Positions 47,758-57,505 are shown, counted from the first letter of the stretch. The stretch is 64,000 bases of DNA from Candidatus Roizmanbacteria bacterium RIFCSPHIGHO2_12_FULL_37_23 (GCA_001788095.1 MFZX01000031.1:9736-73735), one strand, 5' to 3'. Numbers and translations are program-made. The notes: a model not told the origin generated them from the sequence alone.

Positions 47758-50157
47758 TTACAGCTTAGCTCGTTGTACCGTCTCTGCTTCAACAAGCTCT
47801 TTAGGCTTACCGTATTTTAGACGAGATAACTGAATAATAGCTTTTGCTATCTTATCATTTGCCTTGTCTTTGAAATTCGTCATGTCTTTTGTCATATCAA
47901 CTGAAAATGGTGGAACAGGTTCATTACTTACAATGGTTTTCATATATGCGTGATATCGATCAATATTAATAAGATCTGTTTCTGAAAAAACTGGCTGGAA
48001 TTCACGTGCAATATATGAAGCGTCTGTCACTCCAACACGAAAACAACACAAGGTTCCCACGTTACCAAACACTGCATTTTTAACTTCTTCTTCCATCTGT
48101 CCAATAAATTGATTCGCAACAGTAAGGCCTAATCGATATTTTCGTGCTTCAGAAAGTATGGTTGCAAAATCTGGTGTTGCAAAATTCTGGAACTCATCTA
48201 CATATAGGAAAAAATCTTTACGTTCATCTTCCGGAATTTCTTGTCTTGACATCGCAGATATTAAAATTTTAGGGATAAGTACCAGTCCAAGAAAGCTTGA
48301 GTTTTCTTCTCCAAGCTTACCCTTACTTAGATTTATAAGAAGAATTTTCTTCTCATCCATAACCTTCCGGAAATCAAATGCTGACTTAGATTGACCAATA
48401 ATATTACGAATAGTAGTATTTGTTACAAAGCGTCCAAATTTTGAGACTATATAATCAAGCGTTTCTGATTTATGGAAATCGCTTGTTTGGGCTATCTGAT
48501 CAGTCCAAAATCGTCGTACAATCGGATCTTTTACTTTAGGAAGTACTTCCTGCACATATTTTGTATCTGTTAAGATACGAACAATTTCGATAAAAGTAGC
48601 CCCCTCTTCTGCCATAACAGTCAACATTGCATTTCGAACAGTATGTTCAAACCGCGGACCTACGATACCAGTGCGCTGTGGATCGTATAATTTATACATA
48701 AGATTAATTATTCCTGTTGTCATGAAATGTTTTTCTTCTTCAGAATTAGCTTCAAGAAGATTGAGTCCCATTGGTCTATCGGTATCAGAGGGATCAAAAT
48801 AAATGACATCTTCGGCTCGCTCAGGAGGAATATAGCGTAACAACCCTTCAACCAAATCTCCGTGAGGATCTATAACACACACGCCGTGGCCTGCCTCAAT
48901 ATCCTGTACTGCCATATCATGGAGAAGTACTGATTTTCCAACACCTGTTTTTCCAATAATATAGACGTGTCGGCGTCTGTCTTCAAGCAACACGTGTACA
49001 GGTCTCCTAACGCCTCGATAATGACCGTGACCAATAAATGTTCCACCTTCTTGAGGTACTTCGGAAGAAACAGGCGCAGTTTTAGCCTTAACCCATACGA
49101 TAAAGGGTGTTTCAACGGTTTTATTTGGGAAATGAAAAAGTGTAGCTAACTCCTCAGAAGACAAAACTGAGACTGTTTTCATAAATGGAAACTCAAATAC
49201 AGGGAAAAATTTATAGATAAAATTAACCATAAACCCGTATGAAAAAAAGGCTCGAGCGCCTGTGAAACTATTGAGATCTGACGCGAATTGAGAAAATGCT
49301 GTTTTGAGATTTTTGAGGTGGAGATCAGCCATTTCTTTTGTTTGCGCTGATGTTACAAGACGAATCGCTACATCAAAACCGGGCTTGGTCACCTTTTCAT
49401 CAATCTTCTCAAGAACCTTTTGATCAACTCTAAACGTAGCTTCTTCAGGCGAAGCCTCCTTCTTTTTGGTTGAGGATATATATGATCTCCCTTCATCTCT
49501 ATGTTTGGATTTTGTTGACCGTATAAGGATCTGTATTATGCTTCCCTCATCATCTCCTAATTTAGAAAATGGTGATGAAATCAATGAAAGCGAATCTGTT
49601 GGGAGTTCTTTATAGGTTTTTATTGGATTAAAGGCTGAGTTTTTCTGTTTTAAAGCAACAAAAGCAACCTTACCATTTTCATGAAAAATATTGGGCTCTT
49701 CAACCAGACTAATATCGCACGAGGGGTAGAATGCATAAATTTGTTTTTCAACGAGGTCTTTAAGCCGTGCTGGAGCTGAAACATAAAACCCAATTTTTCC
49801 TTTAGTTCCGATTATTTCAAAAGCGAGAGCGTCATCAACTTCAAAAAATGACCAGAGCCCACTGTTTCCGAGCGAGGCAAATGAAGAAAACATTTGTTCA
49901 GCTGCATCAATTTTTATCTCGTTATCTTTAGGCAATCGAACTTCGAGTGTGATCATCTCGAGTGAAATCTTCTCCCTCTTTCGCAAACGAATGAAAATAA
50001 CCAATACATATATACCAATTGCTACTATCGCAAGCGTGATAATAACAGCAAAGAAGATTATGAGCGATACAATCAGCCCATTGAGAATTTCAGTACCAAC
50101 AGACTCCATAGTAGCATTATACAGAATTGTTGAATTCCTTGTTATAATATTCCCCAT
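47758..50157 (-). CDS. VirD4/TraG/TraD-like coupling-protein ATPase (FtsK/HerA superfamily), N-terminal TM
   Basis: YIIGKTGVGKS Walker A, DPHGD, YVDEFQNF Walker B, membrane anchor; 799 aa. Confidence 0.5.
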   Translation of the reverse strand: MGNIITRNSTILYNATMESVGTEILNGLIVSLIIFFAVIITLAIVAIGIYVLVIFIRLRKREKISLEMITLEVRLPKDNEIKIDAAEQMFSSFASLGNSGLWSFFEVDDALAFEIIGTKGKIGFYVSAPARLKDLVEKQIYAFYPSCDISLVEEPNIFHENGKVAFVALKQKNSAFNPIKTYKELPTDSLSLISSPFSKLGDDEGSIIQILIRSTKSKHRDEGRSYISSTKKKEASPEEATFRVDQKVLEKIDEKVTKPGFDVAIRLVTSAQTKEMADLHLKNLKTAFSQFASDLNSFTGARAFFSYGFMVNFIYKFFPVFEFPFMKTVSVLSSEELATLFHFPNKTVETPFIVWVKAKTAPVSSEVPQEGGTFIGHGHYRGVRRPVHVLLEDRRRHVYIIGKTGVGKSVLLHDMAVQDIEAGHGVCVIDPHGDLVEGLLRYIPPERAEDVIYFDPSDTDRPMGLNLLEANSEEEKHFMTTGIINLMYKLYDPQRTGIVGPRFEHTVRNAMLTVMAEEGATFIEIVRILTDTKYVQEVLPKVKDPIVRRFWTDQIAQTSDFHKSETLDYIVSKFGRFVTNTTIRNIIGQSKSAFDFRKVMDEKKILLINLSKGKLGEENSSFLGLVLIPKILISAMSRQEIPEDERKDFFLYVDEFQNFATPDFATILSEARKYRLGLTVANQFIGQMEEEVKNAVFGNVGTLCCFRVGVTDASYIAREFQPVFSETDLINIDRYHAYMKTIVSNEPVPPFSVDMTKDMTNFKDKANDKIAKAIIQLSRLKYGKPKELVEAETVQRAKL
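50138..50143 (+). promoter_or_regulatory. TATAAT -10 box 12 nt upstream of the ATG at 50156
   Basis: gttataatattccccATG. Confidence 0.3.
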
Positions 50158-50590
50158 GCGCTACCTTTTTCTCCCAACATTCGTTGGTATAGCTCTAAGC
50201 GTTTTACTTGCGCTTAATATTTTTGCGTCACAGGTGTACAATCCTCTCCTTTTTAAAATCATAAAACTTAATGATAAAAATGCGGTTAAACAATTTTTGC
50301 GTTCTATAGAGAAAACTGATGCATATGCCGATCAGTTTGATTATTTTAATAATTTGTATAACGATGCTTTTTTGAAAGAGACTCAACAAAATAAGTTTAG
50401 TATTAGTCAAGAAATACAAAAATACGAAGGATTATTACAAACTAATCCGAAGAGTCGCGATGTTCTTATCAAATTAGCGCTCCTTTATCTTGAACAAAAC
50501 GAGCCTAGAAAAGCGCGAACATACTATGCTCAGGCTAAAAAAATAGATCCGTGGATTAGTATTTCAATTTTAGAAGGAATTGAGGAATAA
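50156..50590 (+). CDS. small TPR-like protein with N-terminal TM (start set at MRYLF to avoid the antisense overlap)
   Basis: C-terminal KLALLYLEQNEPRKARTYYAQAKKIDP helical repeat. Confidence 0.35.
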   Translation: MRYLFLPTFVGIALSVLLALNIFASQVYNPLLFKIIKLNDKNAVKQFLRSIEKTDAYADQFDYFNNLYNDAFLKETQQNKFSISQEIQKYEGLLQTNPKSRDVLIKLALLYLEQNEPRKARTYYAQAKKIDPWISISILEGIEE

Positions 50591-50606
50591 TCGTTAACTT
50601 ATAATC

Positions 50607-51029
50607 ATGATTCTTAAAATCTTTACAGACGGCGGATCCAAGGGAAATCCCGGTCCTTCTGCGATTGGCATCGTAGGTTACACAGAGGAGGGAAAAGAGA
50701 TTCTACGTCATAGGGAAGATATTGGCAGAGCTACAAATAATGAAGCTGAATACACAGCAGTAATAAAAGCTCTCGAGCTCATCCATTTTCAAATTTCAAA
50801 TTTCAAATTTCAAATTAACAGAATCGACCTCTACTCTGATTCGCGACTTATGGTAAACCAACTTAATGGTTTGTTTAAAATTAAAAAGGCCCATATTCGT
50901 AATTTTGTATTTAAAGTACGGATTTTAGAGTCAGAATTACGCCTTCCGGTATATTATCATCATATTAGACGGGAAGAAAACAAGGTCGCAGATGCCTTAG
51001 TGAATGGAAATTTGAAAGATGAGATTTGA
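50607..51029 (+). CDS. RNase H-like protein (RNase HI fold); contains an in-frame TTTCAAA x4 repeat
   Basis: FTDGGSKGNPGPSAIG, EYTAVIKALE, DSRLMVNQL. Repeat at 50786-50817 encodes HFQISNFKFQIN. Confidence 0.65.
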   Translation: MILKIFTDGGSKGNPGPSAIGIVGYTEEGKEILRHREDIGRATNNEAEYTAVIKALELIHFQISNFKFQINRIDLYSDSRLMVNQLNGLFKIKKAHIRNFVFKVRILESELRLPVYYHHIRREENKVADALVNGNLKDEI

Positions 51030-51053
51030 AAATGGACGGACATTTTCAAATTT

Positions 51054-51073
51054 CACCGCCGGCCGGCGGTCTC
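51054..51073. terminator. palindrome caccgccggccggcggtctc between convergent RNase H and recombinase genes; bidirectional terminator
   Basis: Perfect GC palindrome flanked by R5-type ttcaaat repeats. Confidence 0.5.
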
Positions 51074-51090
51074 AAATATCAAATTCTCTC

Positions 51091-51933
51091 TTACAACTCT
51101 CCCAATTTCTCTTTTCTCTCGTTATCCTGCTTCACTAAATCAAGATATTTTTCGGTTGAAGAAAGCCGTTTATGACCAACGATTTTTGAAATATATGAAA
51201 TTGAAGCCCCATTTTGAAGTTGGTATGCAATAAATGTGTTTCTGAGGTCTTGGACTTTTGCATTTTCGATCCCAACCTCTCTAAAACAACGAGTAATTAT
51301 GCTTCTTATGTTACGAACAAGTAATTGACGCCCTGTCTTTGTGGTAAACAAAAACTCTGTGCTTCCGCTATATCGAATCTTAAGATAGTCACTAACTGCC
51401 TTTCGTACAGCCTTATTTAAAGGTATAACTCTGTTTTCAACTTTAAGACCTTCATCTGTAATATCATTTGTCTTGATCTCGGCTAGCTCACCAATACGAA
51501 CACCGGTTTGAAGTAGAATTTCAACCATAGCATAAGTTCTGTCATCTTCTTTTGCAAAGTCTCTTAACGCACGATATTCCAGTTTTGAAAGAATTCGAGG
51601 CGGAGCTTGTGTATATTTGGGATGAGAAACTTCAAGCGAAGGATTTTGCTTGATAATATCTTCTCTTTTAAGATATCTGAAAAAAGTGCGGATTGAGTTA
51701 AGCTTACGGGAAGCTGACTTTTTAGTGTAATTCTCACCTAAGAGTTTTTGAATAAAACCCTCAATATCATCTTTTGCTACCTCTTTAATATCGGTTTTAT
51801 CCTTAGAACTGAGGTAACCTATGAATTGCTCGAGGTCCTTTTTATATGCTACAATGGTGTGTTGGGACTTGCCCTGACTATCCAGATACTCGATAAATGA
51901 AGTTACGAGTGATCTGAGATCTGATGTGATCAT
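51091..51933 (-). CDS. tyrosine site-specific recombinase (XerC/XerD-like)
   Basis: N-terminal SAM-like core-binding domain, R...HxxR...Y catalytic layout (LRNTF, VGHKRLSSTEKYLDL). Confidence 0.7.
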   Translation of the reverse strand: MITSDLRSLVTSFIEYLDSQGKSQHTIVAYKKDLEQFIGYLSSKDKTDIKEVAKDDIEGFIQKLLGENYTKKSASRKLNSIRTFFRYLKREDIIKQNPSLEVSHPKYTQAPPRILSKLEYRALRDFAKEDDRTYAMVEILLQTGVRIGELAEIKTNDITDEGLKVENRVIPLNKAVRKAVSDYLKIRYSGSTEFLFTTKTGRQLLVRNIRSIITRCFREVGIENAKVQDLRNTFIAYQLQNGASISYISKIVGHKRLSSTEKYLDLVKQDNERKEKLGEL

Positions 51934-51997
51934 AACACCCTATAATATCATACTTTCAGCCTAAATGCAATACTAAATTTATATGTTATAGAATGAT

Positions 51998-52336
51998 ATG
52001 TTTCGAGTAATAAAAAACATAATTTTGAGCGTAGTAGCTCTTTTTCTCATCTTCTCTTTATCTCGAAATATCTTCGATTATAAAGATAAACTTAAGTTCT
52101 ATCATGAATATAGAAGGGAATATGAGCAGGAAAACGAGCTTAATAAAAGATTAAAAAGTGAGCTTAAAAAAAGTGAGGATTATTATTTTATAGAAAAACA
52201 AATTCGTGAAAAGTTGAACCTGCTTCAGCCTCAAGAAGAAGCTCTCATTCTGCCAAAAATCTCAACAACTCCAACTCTGCCTCCAGTTATAGTAAAAAAA
52301 CCATATGAGCAGTGGCTAGAACTTCTTATACGCTAA
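51998..52336 (+). CDS. FtsB/DivIC-like septum formation initiator
   Basis: N-terminal TM, coiled coil, EKQIREKLNLLQPQEEALIL C-terminal signature. Confidence 0.45.
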   Translation: MFRVIKNIILSVVALFLIFSLSRNIFDYKDKLKFYHEYRREYEQENELNKRLKSELKKSEDYYFIEKQIREKLNLLQPQEEALILPKISTTPTLPPVIVKKPYEQWLELLIR

Positions 52337-52503
52337 GATACTACTTCGGAGCGATATAACCTTATACTACGGGACAATTTTGATATAATAATACCGCTCT
52401 TTGAAAAAGCGGGATTCTTGTTGGTGATTGGTGTAGTTGGCCGAGTTAGTTAATTCGTCCGTACATAGCTCGTAATGAGCTCTACACCCAGAAGGAGAGT
52501 TCG

Positions 52504-53109
52504 ATGTCCACTGTGGTCGCGTTGTTCCTGGCCTATTTCCTCGGTGCGATCCCGTGGGGGATCGTATTTTGCCGGCTGGCAAACGGTCGTGATCCGAGAG
52601 AGCACGGATCCAGCCGAACCGGAGGAACAAACGTCTACAGGACGTCTGGGCCTATCCCAGCTATACTCACCGTTGGGTTTGATGTTGCCAAGGGCTATGC
52701 TGCCGTCATTTTGGCAAGCCAGCTCTCCGGCGGAAGCCCGATCGTGATCTCACTCGCCGCAGTGCTCGCAATAGCCGGGCACAACTGGTCCGTCTTCGCC
52801 GGTTTCAAAGGGGGTGCCGGAACGACGCCGAACGTTGGTGCCTTACTGGCGATCTTCCCCCAAATGGTCGTAGTCGCGCTTGGGCTCAGCGCGATTACAC
52901 TGATCATTTGGAGACAAGCGTCGCGAGCGACCATCATCAACTCTCTCGCGACCACAGGTGCAACTGGCGGTCTCGCGTTGTTAGTTTCCCCTGCCTATCT
53001 ACTTTACGGCGTAGGACAGCTTGCACTAGTGCTCTACGCGCTGTATCAGGGGGGGAACCTTCGGCGCCTGATCCACGGAAACGAAATCCGAGCTGAGCGG
53101 ATTAGGTAG
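52504..53109 (+). CDS. plsY: glycerol-3-phosphate acyltransferase PlsY (acyl-phosphate dependent)
   Basis: GAIPWG, GSSRTGGTNVYR (compare GSGNPGATN), HNWSVFAGFKGGAGTTP (compare H-x-x-S-x-F-x-x-FKGGKGVAT). Confidence 0.75.
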   Translation: MSTVVALFLAYFLGAIPWGIVFCRLANGRDPREHGSSRTGGTNVYRTSGPIPAILTVGFDVAKGYAAVILASQLSGGSPIVISLAAVLAIAGHNWSVFAGFKGGAGTTPNVGALLAIFPQMVVVALGLSAITLIIWRQASRATIINSLATTGATGGLALLVSPAYLLYGVGQLALVLYALYQGGNLRRLIHGNEIRAERIR

Positions 53110-53117
53110 CTCTACCA

Positions 53118-53324
53118 ATGGTCCTAGGAAGGACTACGATGATGACAAAAAAACCTGACGACTCCGAGGCTTCAACCACACCAGTAGTACCGACACGGTG
53201 TATGTCCACAGACACGTGTCCGCACTGCGACGCGTTTTGCTGCAAAGATGGTCACAGTCTGATGGACAATCATCGTTGTCCCAATGGGCACGAGTGGGAA
53301 GCAGCACCTTCCTTGTTGATCTGA
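53118..53324 (+). CDS. possible small Cys/His-rich metal-binding protein
   Basis: CMSTDTCPHCDAFCCKDGHSLMDNHRCPNGHEW; GC-rich; coding status uncertain. Confidence 0.25.
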   Translation: MVLGRTTMMTKKPDDSEASTTPVVPTRCMSTDTCPHCDAFCCKDGHSLMDNHRCPNGHEWEAAPSLLI

Positions 53325-53560
53325 TGAGATCCCGCTGTACGTCTCGCTGAGGCTAGCAGACGCTAAAACAACATATGGGTAAAAGCCTTTCGAGGTGACA
53401 AGAGTGATGAAGTACTCATCGTGGAATCCGATCGCAGAAGCAAGCGATCCTGCGTTAGCGATAACGCACTACCACGACAATCACCTTGCTCACCGAGAAT
53501 ACCCATATGAAAATTTTTAATTTCTAATTTTTATTCAATTATTAATTACGCTCTATCTGC

Positions 53561-53566
53561 TATAAT
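53561..53566 (+). promoter_or_regulatory. TATAAT -10 box 6 nt upstream of the tRNA-Met 5' end
   Basis: ctgcTATAATacagtCGCGGGG. Confidence 0.45.
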
Positions 53567-53571
53567 ACAGT

Positions 53572-53641
53572 CGCGGGGTAGTGTACGGTAGCACAGGAGG
53601 CTCATAATCTCCTAGACCAGGTTCAACTCCCGGCCCCGCAA
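53572..53641 (+). tRNA. tRNA-Met (anticodon CAT at 53603-53605); C1/A72 mismatch suggests initiator tRNA
   Basis: Manual cloverleaf: acceptor cgcgggg/ccccgca, U8, D-stem gtgt/gcac, anticodon stem ggagg/tctcc with loop cTCATAa, T-arm ccagg-ttcaact-cccgg (one mismatch), discriminator A. Length 70 nt. Confidence 0.55.
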
Positions 53642-53646
53642 CACGA

Positions 53647-54528
53647 TTACCCCATCATACTTCCTATTAATTCCTCAAATTCCATCATACTTCTCTCTTC
53701 AAAAAGCATCTCCATGGCTGTTATTGATTCGTCAAAATGTATAAAATACTGTTCTCTAAGTACGGATTGTACATCATCTGGAAGCCCAAAAAGCTCATAA
53801 TTAAGACGTTGCTTCCTACCTGCGATAAAATCCTGCTGAAGGTATGTCCACCCCAAAATTTGCCCTTTAACTGTCAGTTTTTCTGTATCAGAAATATTAC
53901 CTTTAGCAATCTGTTCAACAAGCATGATATTATCTTCAAAAAAAAGATTGTCTGCATCACGAATAATTCCCTCAGGTCCTTCCAAAGCAGCTGTACCAAT
54001 GTCTGCATATGCAATAGCTCTAGAAATTAAAGTGCTTCCTGAATTTAAGCTTGGCTGATAAACCGTTGTATTTTCAACGTCCCAGGCCGGAACAGTATCG
54101 TGAATAGATGCAACAACGAGTCTAATTTCACCTTTTGAATACGCTGGCAATCCATCAAGGGTTTTTGCACTTCGCATGGCTTCTGCTGCCCTTTGAGCAC
54201 TCACGTACTCATTATGTGGGGCTTTACGTACTCTTTTCCCATCAACCACATCATAGTCTTGGATAATATCGTGAAATGCCCCTGCTATAAGTACAAGATC
54301 ATAATCGCGGTCAGAAACAAGATCTGGCTGGACACTTCTTACTATGTCTAGAAAGGCTACCGCACGATTCATAACTAAAATTGTGTGATCCAATGAATGG
54401 TAAGGTTTATCTTTGTGTTGAACCTGAATTTCTTTTAATGCATTCACCACCAAATCATGCGTAGCTAAAATCTTCGTCTCTCTAAGAAAAAACTCGCCTG
54501 ATGTTACATATACTTCTGGATTTCCCAT
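53647..54528 (-). CDS. HD-domain phosphohydrolase
   Basis: H...HD...H...D arrangement (HSLDHT, AFHDII). Confidence 0.55.
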   Translation of the reverse strand: MGNPEVYVTSGEFFLRETKILATHDLVVNALKEIQVQHKDKPYHSLDHTILVMNRAVAFLDIVRSVQPDLVSDRDYDLVLIAGAFHDIIQDYDVVDGKRVRKAPHNEYVSAQRAAEAMRSAKTLDGLPAYSKGEIRLVVASIHDTVPAWDVENTTVYQPSLNSGSTLISRAIAYADIGTAALEGPEGIIRDADNLFFEDNIMLVEQIAKGNISDTEKLTVKGQILGWTYLQQDFIAGRKQRLNYELFGLPDDVQSVLREQYFIHFDESITAMEMLFEERSMMEFEELIGSMMG

Positions 54529-54593
54529 GTTGAGAAAAGAATACTATGGGTTTCTTAAAAAGACTGTTCTGGAAGGAACAAATTAGATTGTGT

Positions 54594-55226
54594 CTATATA
54601 ACAGTTATGTTATTGAATGAGAGTTTTATTTTCTTTTCATCTACTAATGTATGTAGGGCTTCGGTTAGGCGTGGACGAGTGACACCGACGAGTTGGGCTA
54701 ATCTTTCATGAGATACATTAATGGTCTTGTTTTCAAAAAAATGACTTAGTTCCTGAAGCAGGATCCACACTTTTTCCGGTAAATGTTTCGTTTTCTGTAT
54801 GAGCAAAAGGTTGTTTTCTTTTTGAATACGGCCAGATAAATCTTTTAATAGTTCCTGCATAAGCGCAGGGTCTGATTTTAAAATAGCTTTGAAATCGTCC
54901 CGCGATATAACTAAAGTTTCAACATCTGACAATGCTTCTACTGTTGCAGATCGGGTTTTATCTGTTACTACTCCTAATTCACCAACCGATTGACCCTTGT
55001 GAAGAAGAGTAATAGGGACAATAGTACCATCTTCCAAAAGACTATAAACTGCCACGATGCCTTTCGTAATAAATTGAATATCCTTTGAATCATCTCCTTC
55101 ACACATAAGTACATCTCCCTGGAAAAAAGTTTTCAATTTTGCAACTTCACTAACTTTTACTAAAATATTTTCAGGAAGATTCCTTAATATATCCTGTTCT
55201 CTAAGTGAAGACTTCTTGTCTAACAT
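54594..55226 (-). CDS. Crp/Fnr-family transcriptional regulator (cNMP-binding plus HTH)
   Basis: N-terminal beta-roll cNMP-binding region, C-terminal HTH RLAQLVGVTRPRLTEALHTL. Confidence 0.65.
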   Translation of the reverse strand: MLDKKSSLREQDILRNLPENILVKVSEVAKLKTFFQGDVLMCEGDDSKDIQFITKGIVAVYSLLEDGTIVPITLLHKGQSVGELGVVTDKTRSATVEALSDVETLVISRDDFKAILKSDPALMQELLKDLSGRIQKENNLLLIQKTKHLPEKVWILLQELSHFFENKTINVSHERLAQLVGVTRPRLTEALHTLVDEKKIKLSFNNITVI

Positions 55227-55345
55227 GCTTAAATTGTATCAAAGTAAAGATATTTTGTTGTTCTGTGGGGAACAAATTTTTGTGGTATGTTTTCACACAT
55301 CCACGCAAATCACTCCAGAATTTAAATAGGAAGCTCTAAAGAAAC

Positions 55346-55630
55346 TTAGTCGGAAATATCTTCATCTATCAGGCCAATCTCGATATCACCCAAAGGGGTG
55401 TAGGTATATCTAATCGTTGCGCATCCGGTTTGTACTGAAGTTATCCTCCCACCGGAATCAACACTCATAATAGCTGTATAGTTTCTATTTCCAACAAAAA
55501 CATTTCTGCCAGATAACATATGGGCACTGATCTCAGGGCCCGAAACAACTTTTTCTAGAAAATCACCCCCAGAAGCATCAAGCATTTCTTCAAGACTACT
55601 ATAAGGTCTTCCTGTAAGTTCAGCTGACAT
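55346..55630 (-). CDS. hypothetical protein
   Basis: 94-aa ORF. Confidence 0.3.
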   Translation of the reverse strand: MSAELTGRPYSSLEEMLDASGGDFLEKVVSGPEISAHMLSGRNVFVGNRNYTAIMSVDSGGRITSVQTGCATIRYTYTPLGDIEIGLIDEDISD

Positions 55631-55679
55631 ATAAAACTATTATACTATAGGATTATCTATATTGCAAACCTCATATTAG

Positions 55680-55712
55680 CCTCAAATCCCACCTCGGGAG
55701 TGGGATTTGAGC
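55680..55712. repeat. R2 hairpin repeat; a partial second half-site lies at 55746-55760
   Basis: cctcaaatcccac-CTCGGGA-gtgggatttgagC. Confidence 0.55.
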
Positions 55713-55785
55713 GTGATTTTAAGTAATTTTATTTAATTTTAATTTGAGTGGGATTTGAGGTCGGGCTGATGTCAAACTTATGAGG

Positions 55786-56013
55786 TTACTTCGTTTTCTT
55801 CCCACTAAGCGCTTCTTTGAAGTCTTTCCACCACTTAGTAAGCTGTTTATTTGTTTCTTTACCAGCAGACATACTAAAACCTAAATCCAAAGCCCCTCCT
55901 GCAACAAGCATGGGGAGGCCAAATATAGCCCCAACAGCAATAACACCAATAGTAATTTTGTCAAACACTTTCCTCGTCTTTTCCAGTACATTATCCTCGG
56001 TTTCCTTAGCCAT
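55786..56013 (-). CDS. small membrane protein
   Basis: 75 aa, one TM. Confidence 0.3.
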   Translation of the reverse strand: MAKETEDNVLEKTRKVFDKITIGVIAVGAIFGLPMLVAGGALDLGFSMSAGKETNKQLTKWWKDFKEALSGKKTK

Positions 56014-56056
56014 GACAGTTATATTATAATCGAGAATAGAAATTCAGGTACCTAAA

Positions 56057-57505
56057 ATGGATATATTTTCTTTACACAAACTAACCCTCACTACGAAAAC
56101 CCTCTCTTTAATAACAATCGTCTTTATCTTCCTCGCGTTCTGGTATAAAACTTCCATATTTCTTGATCCTGACTTTGGCTGGGAGATACGTATGGGACAA
56201 TATATTTTAAAAAACGGTATTCCATACACCGATCCGCTCTCCTACACTATGCCAAGCTACCCCATAATCGCACATTACTGGCTTAGTAGCAGCCTTATTA
56301 CACGAATTTATCCTGTCTTCGGATATGTCGGTCTTGCTGGTATTGTTTCTTGCTTTTCTTTACTTGCCATGCTTATTCTTGTCCCCCGAAAAGGATTTTC
56401 ACTTAGCCTCATTCCTCTCTTACTAGCTACTTCTGGACTTTTTTCATATGCAAGCGTACGACCACATTTTTTTACCTGGCTTTTCCTCGCTTTCATATTT
56501 CGAATTACTACCGATAAAATGTTATGGAAAAAATACTGTTGGTATATCCCTCTTCTTTTTATACTTTGGACTAATATACATGGGGGCTTTGCAGCGGGCC
56601 TTTTCTTAATCTTAATTAAGCTCATCGTTGATGCATGGCATGAGAAAAAAATAAATAAACAAATCGCGCTTATCAGCACCCTTTCAATCGTTGCTACATT
56701 TATTAATCCTTATGGAATATATGTGTGGAGAGAAATATTTATCACCATCTTCGATCCTGGAACACGGATAGGAATAAACGAATGGCAACCATTTATTTCT
56801 CGATTATCGCTCATCCACGCGCCTGTATTAGTGTTACCGCTTGTACTTTTTGCTCGATACTTCCGCTCATTCACACTTTTAGAAAAATGTTTTTTCGTGA
56901 TACTTCTCATTAATGGTTTTTCAAGCAGTAAGATGTACCCCATGTGGCTTCTCTACAGCATATATTTCTCAACAAAAGGACTTCTGTTTCTAACATACGA
57001 AGTAAAAAACAATAAAATTGCATCGCAGAAACTTAATATTATTCTATCTTGCCTCCTGATTATTGCAGGCACATATACTTCCACGTATGGTTTTCGGGTT
57101 TATACGATTTATAAACAACTATCTGAAGAGAGATTTTATCCCAAAAAAGCGGTTGAATTTATAAAATTACATCCTACTCAAGGCCATATTTTTAGCTCAT
57201 TTTCGTGGGGAGGATACGTGTTATGGAAACTGCCCGAGCATAAAACGTTTGTAGATGGAAGAATGCCACATTGGGAAAATCAAAATGCTTCAAATTCTGA
57301 AAGTAAAAAGGCAATAGATGATTTCCAAAAAATTCTTAAAACTGAACTCGCATTTGATAATATAGCTTCAAAATATACAATTGATACACTGCTTCTTCCG
57401 AAAGAATACCGGAAGAAATTCAAAAAGTTCTTCCTAGCTCTTAAAAAAGACGATTGGAAGACTATCTACAAAGACGATATATCAGTCATCTTAAGGAAAG
57501 ATTAA
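56057..57505 (+). CDS. polytopic membrane protein (GT-C-like glycosyltransferase candidate)
   Basis: 482 aa, more than 10 TM helices, directly upstream of the GT2 DPM-synthase-like gene. Confidence 0.4.
   Translation: MDIFSLHKLTLTTKTLSLITIVFIFLAFWYKTSIFLDPDFGWEIRMGQYILKNGIPYTDPLSYTMPSYPIIAHYWLSSSLITRIYPVFGYVGLAGIVSCFSLLAMLILVPRKGFSLSLIPLLLATSGLFSYASVRPHFFTWLFLAFIFRITTDKMLWKKYCWYIPLLFILWTNIHGGFAAGLFLILIKLIVDAWHEKKINKQIALISTLSIVATFINPYGIYVWREIFITIFDPGTRIGINEWQPFISRLSLIHAPVLVLPLVLFARYFRSFTLLEKCFFVILLINGFSSSKMYPMWLLYSIYFSTKGLLFLTYEVKNNKIASQKLNIILSCLLIIAGTYTSTYGFRVYTIYKQLSEERFYPKKAVEFIKLHPTQGHIFSSFSWGGYVLWKLPEHKTFVDGRMPHWENQNASNSESKKAIDDFQKILKTELAFDNIASKYTIDTLLLPKEYRKKFKKFFLALKKDDWKTIYKDDISVILRKD

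Larger units (their letters stand above)
52380..53520. other. GC-rich island 3 (clearly GC-rich) containing plsY, immediately upstream of tRNA-Met
   Basis: Composition shift visible by eye. Confidence 0.5.

Noticed and set aside
47758-53641. Integrative-conjugative element spanning VirD4-like, RNase H, XerD-like and the tRNA-Met
   Set aside because: The recombinase is on the 5' side of the tRNA and 1.6 kb away. No direct repeat of the tRNA 3' end was seen. No relaxase or VirB4. The geometry does not fit a tRNA-integrated ICE, so the genes are reported separately.
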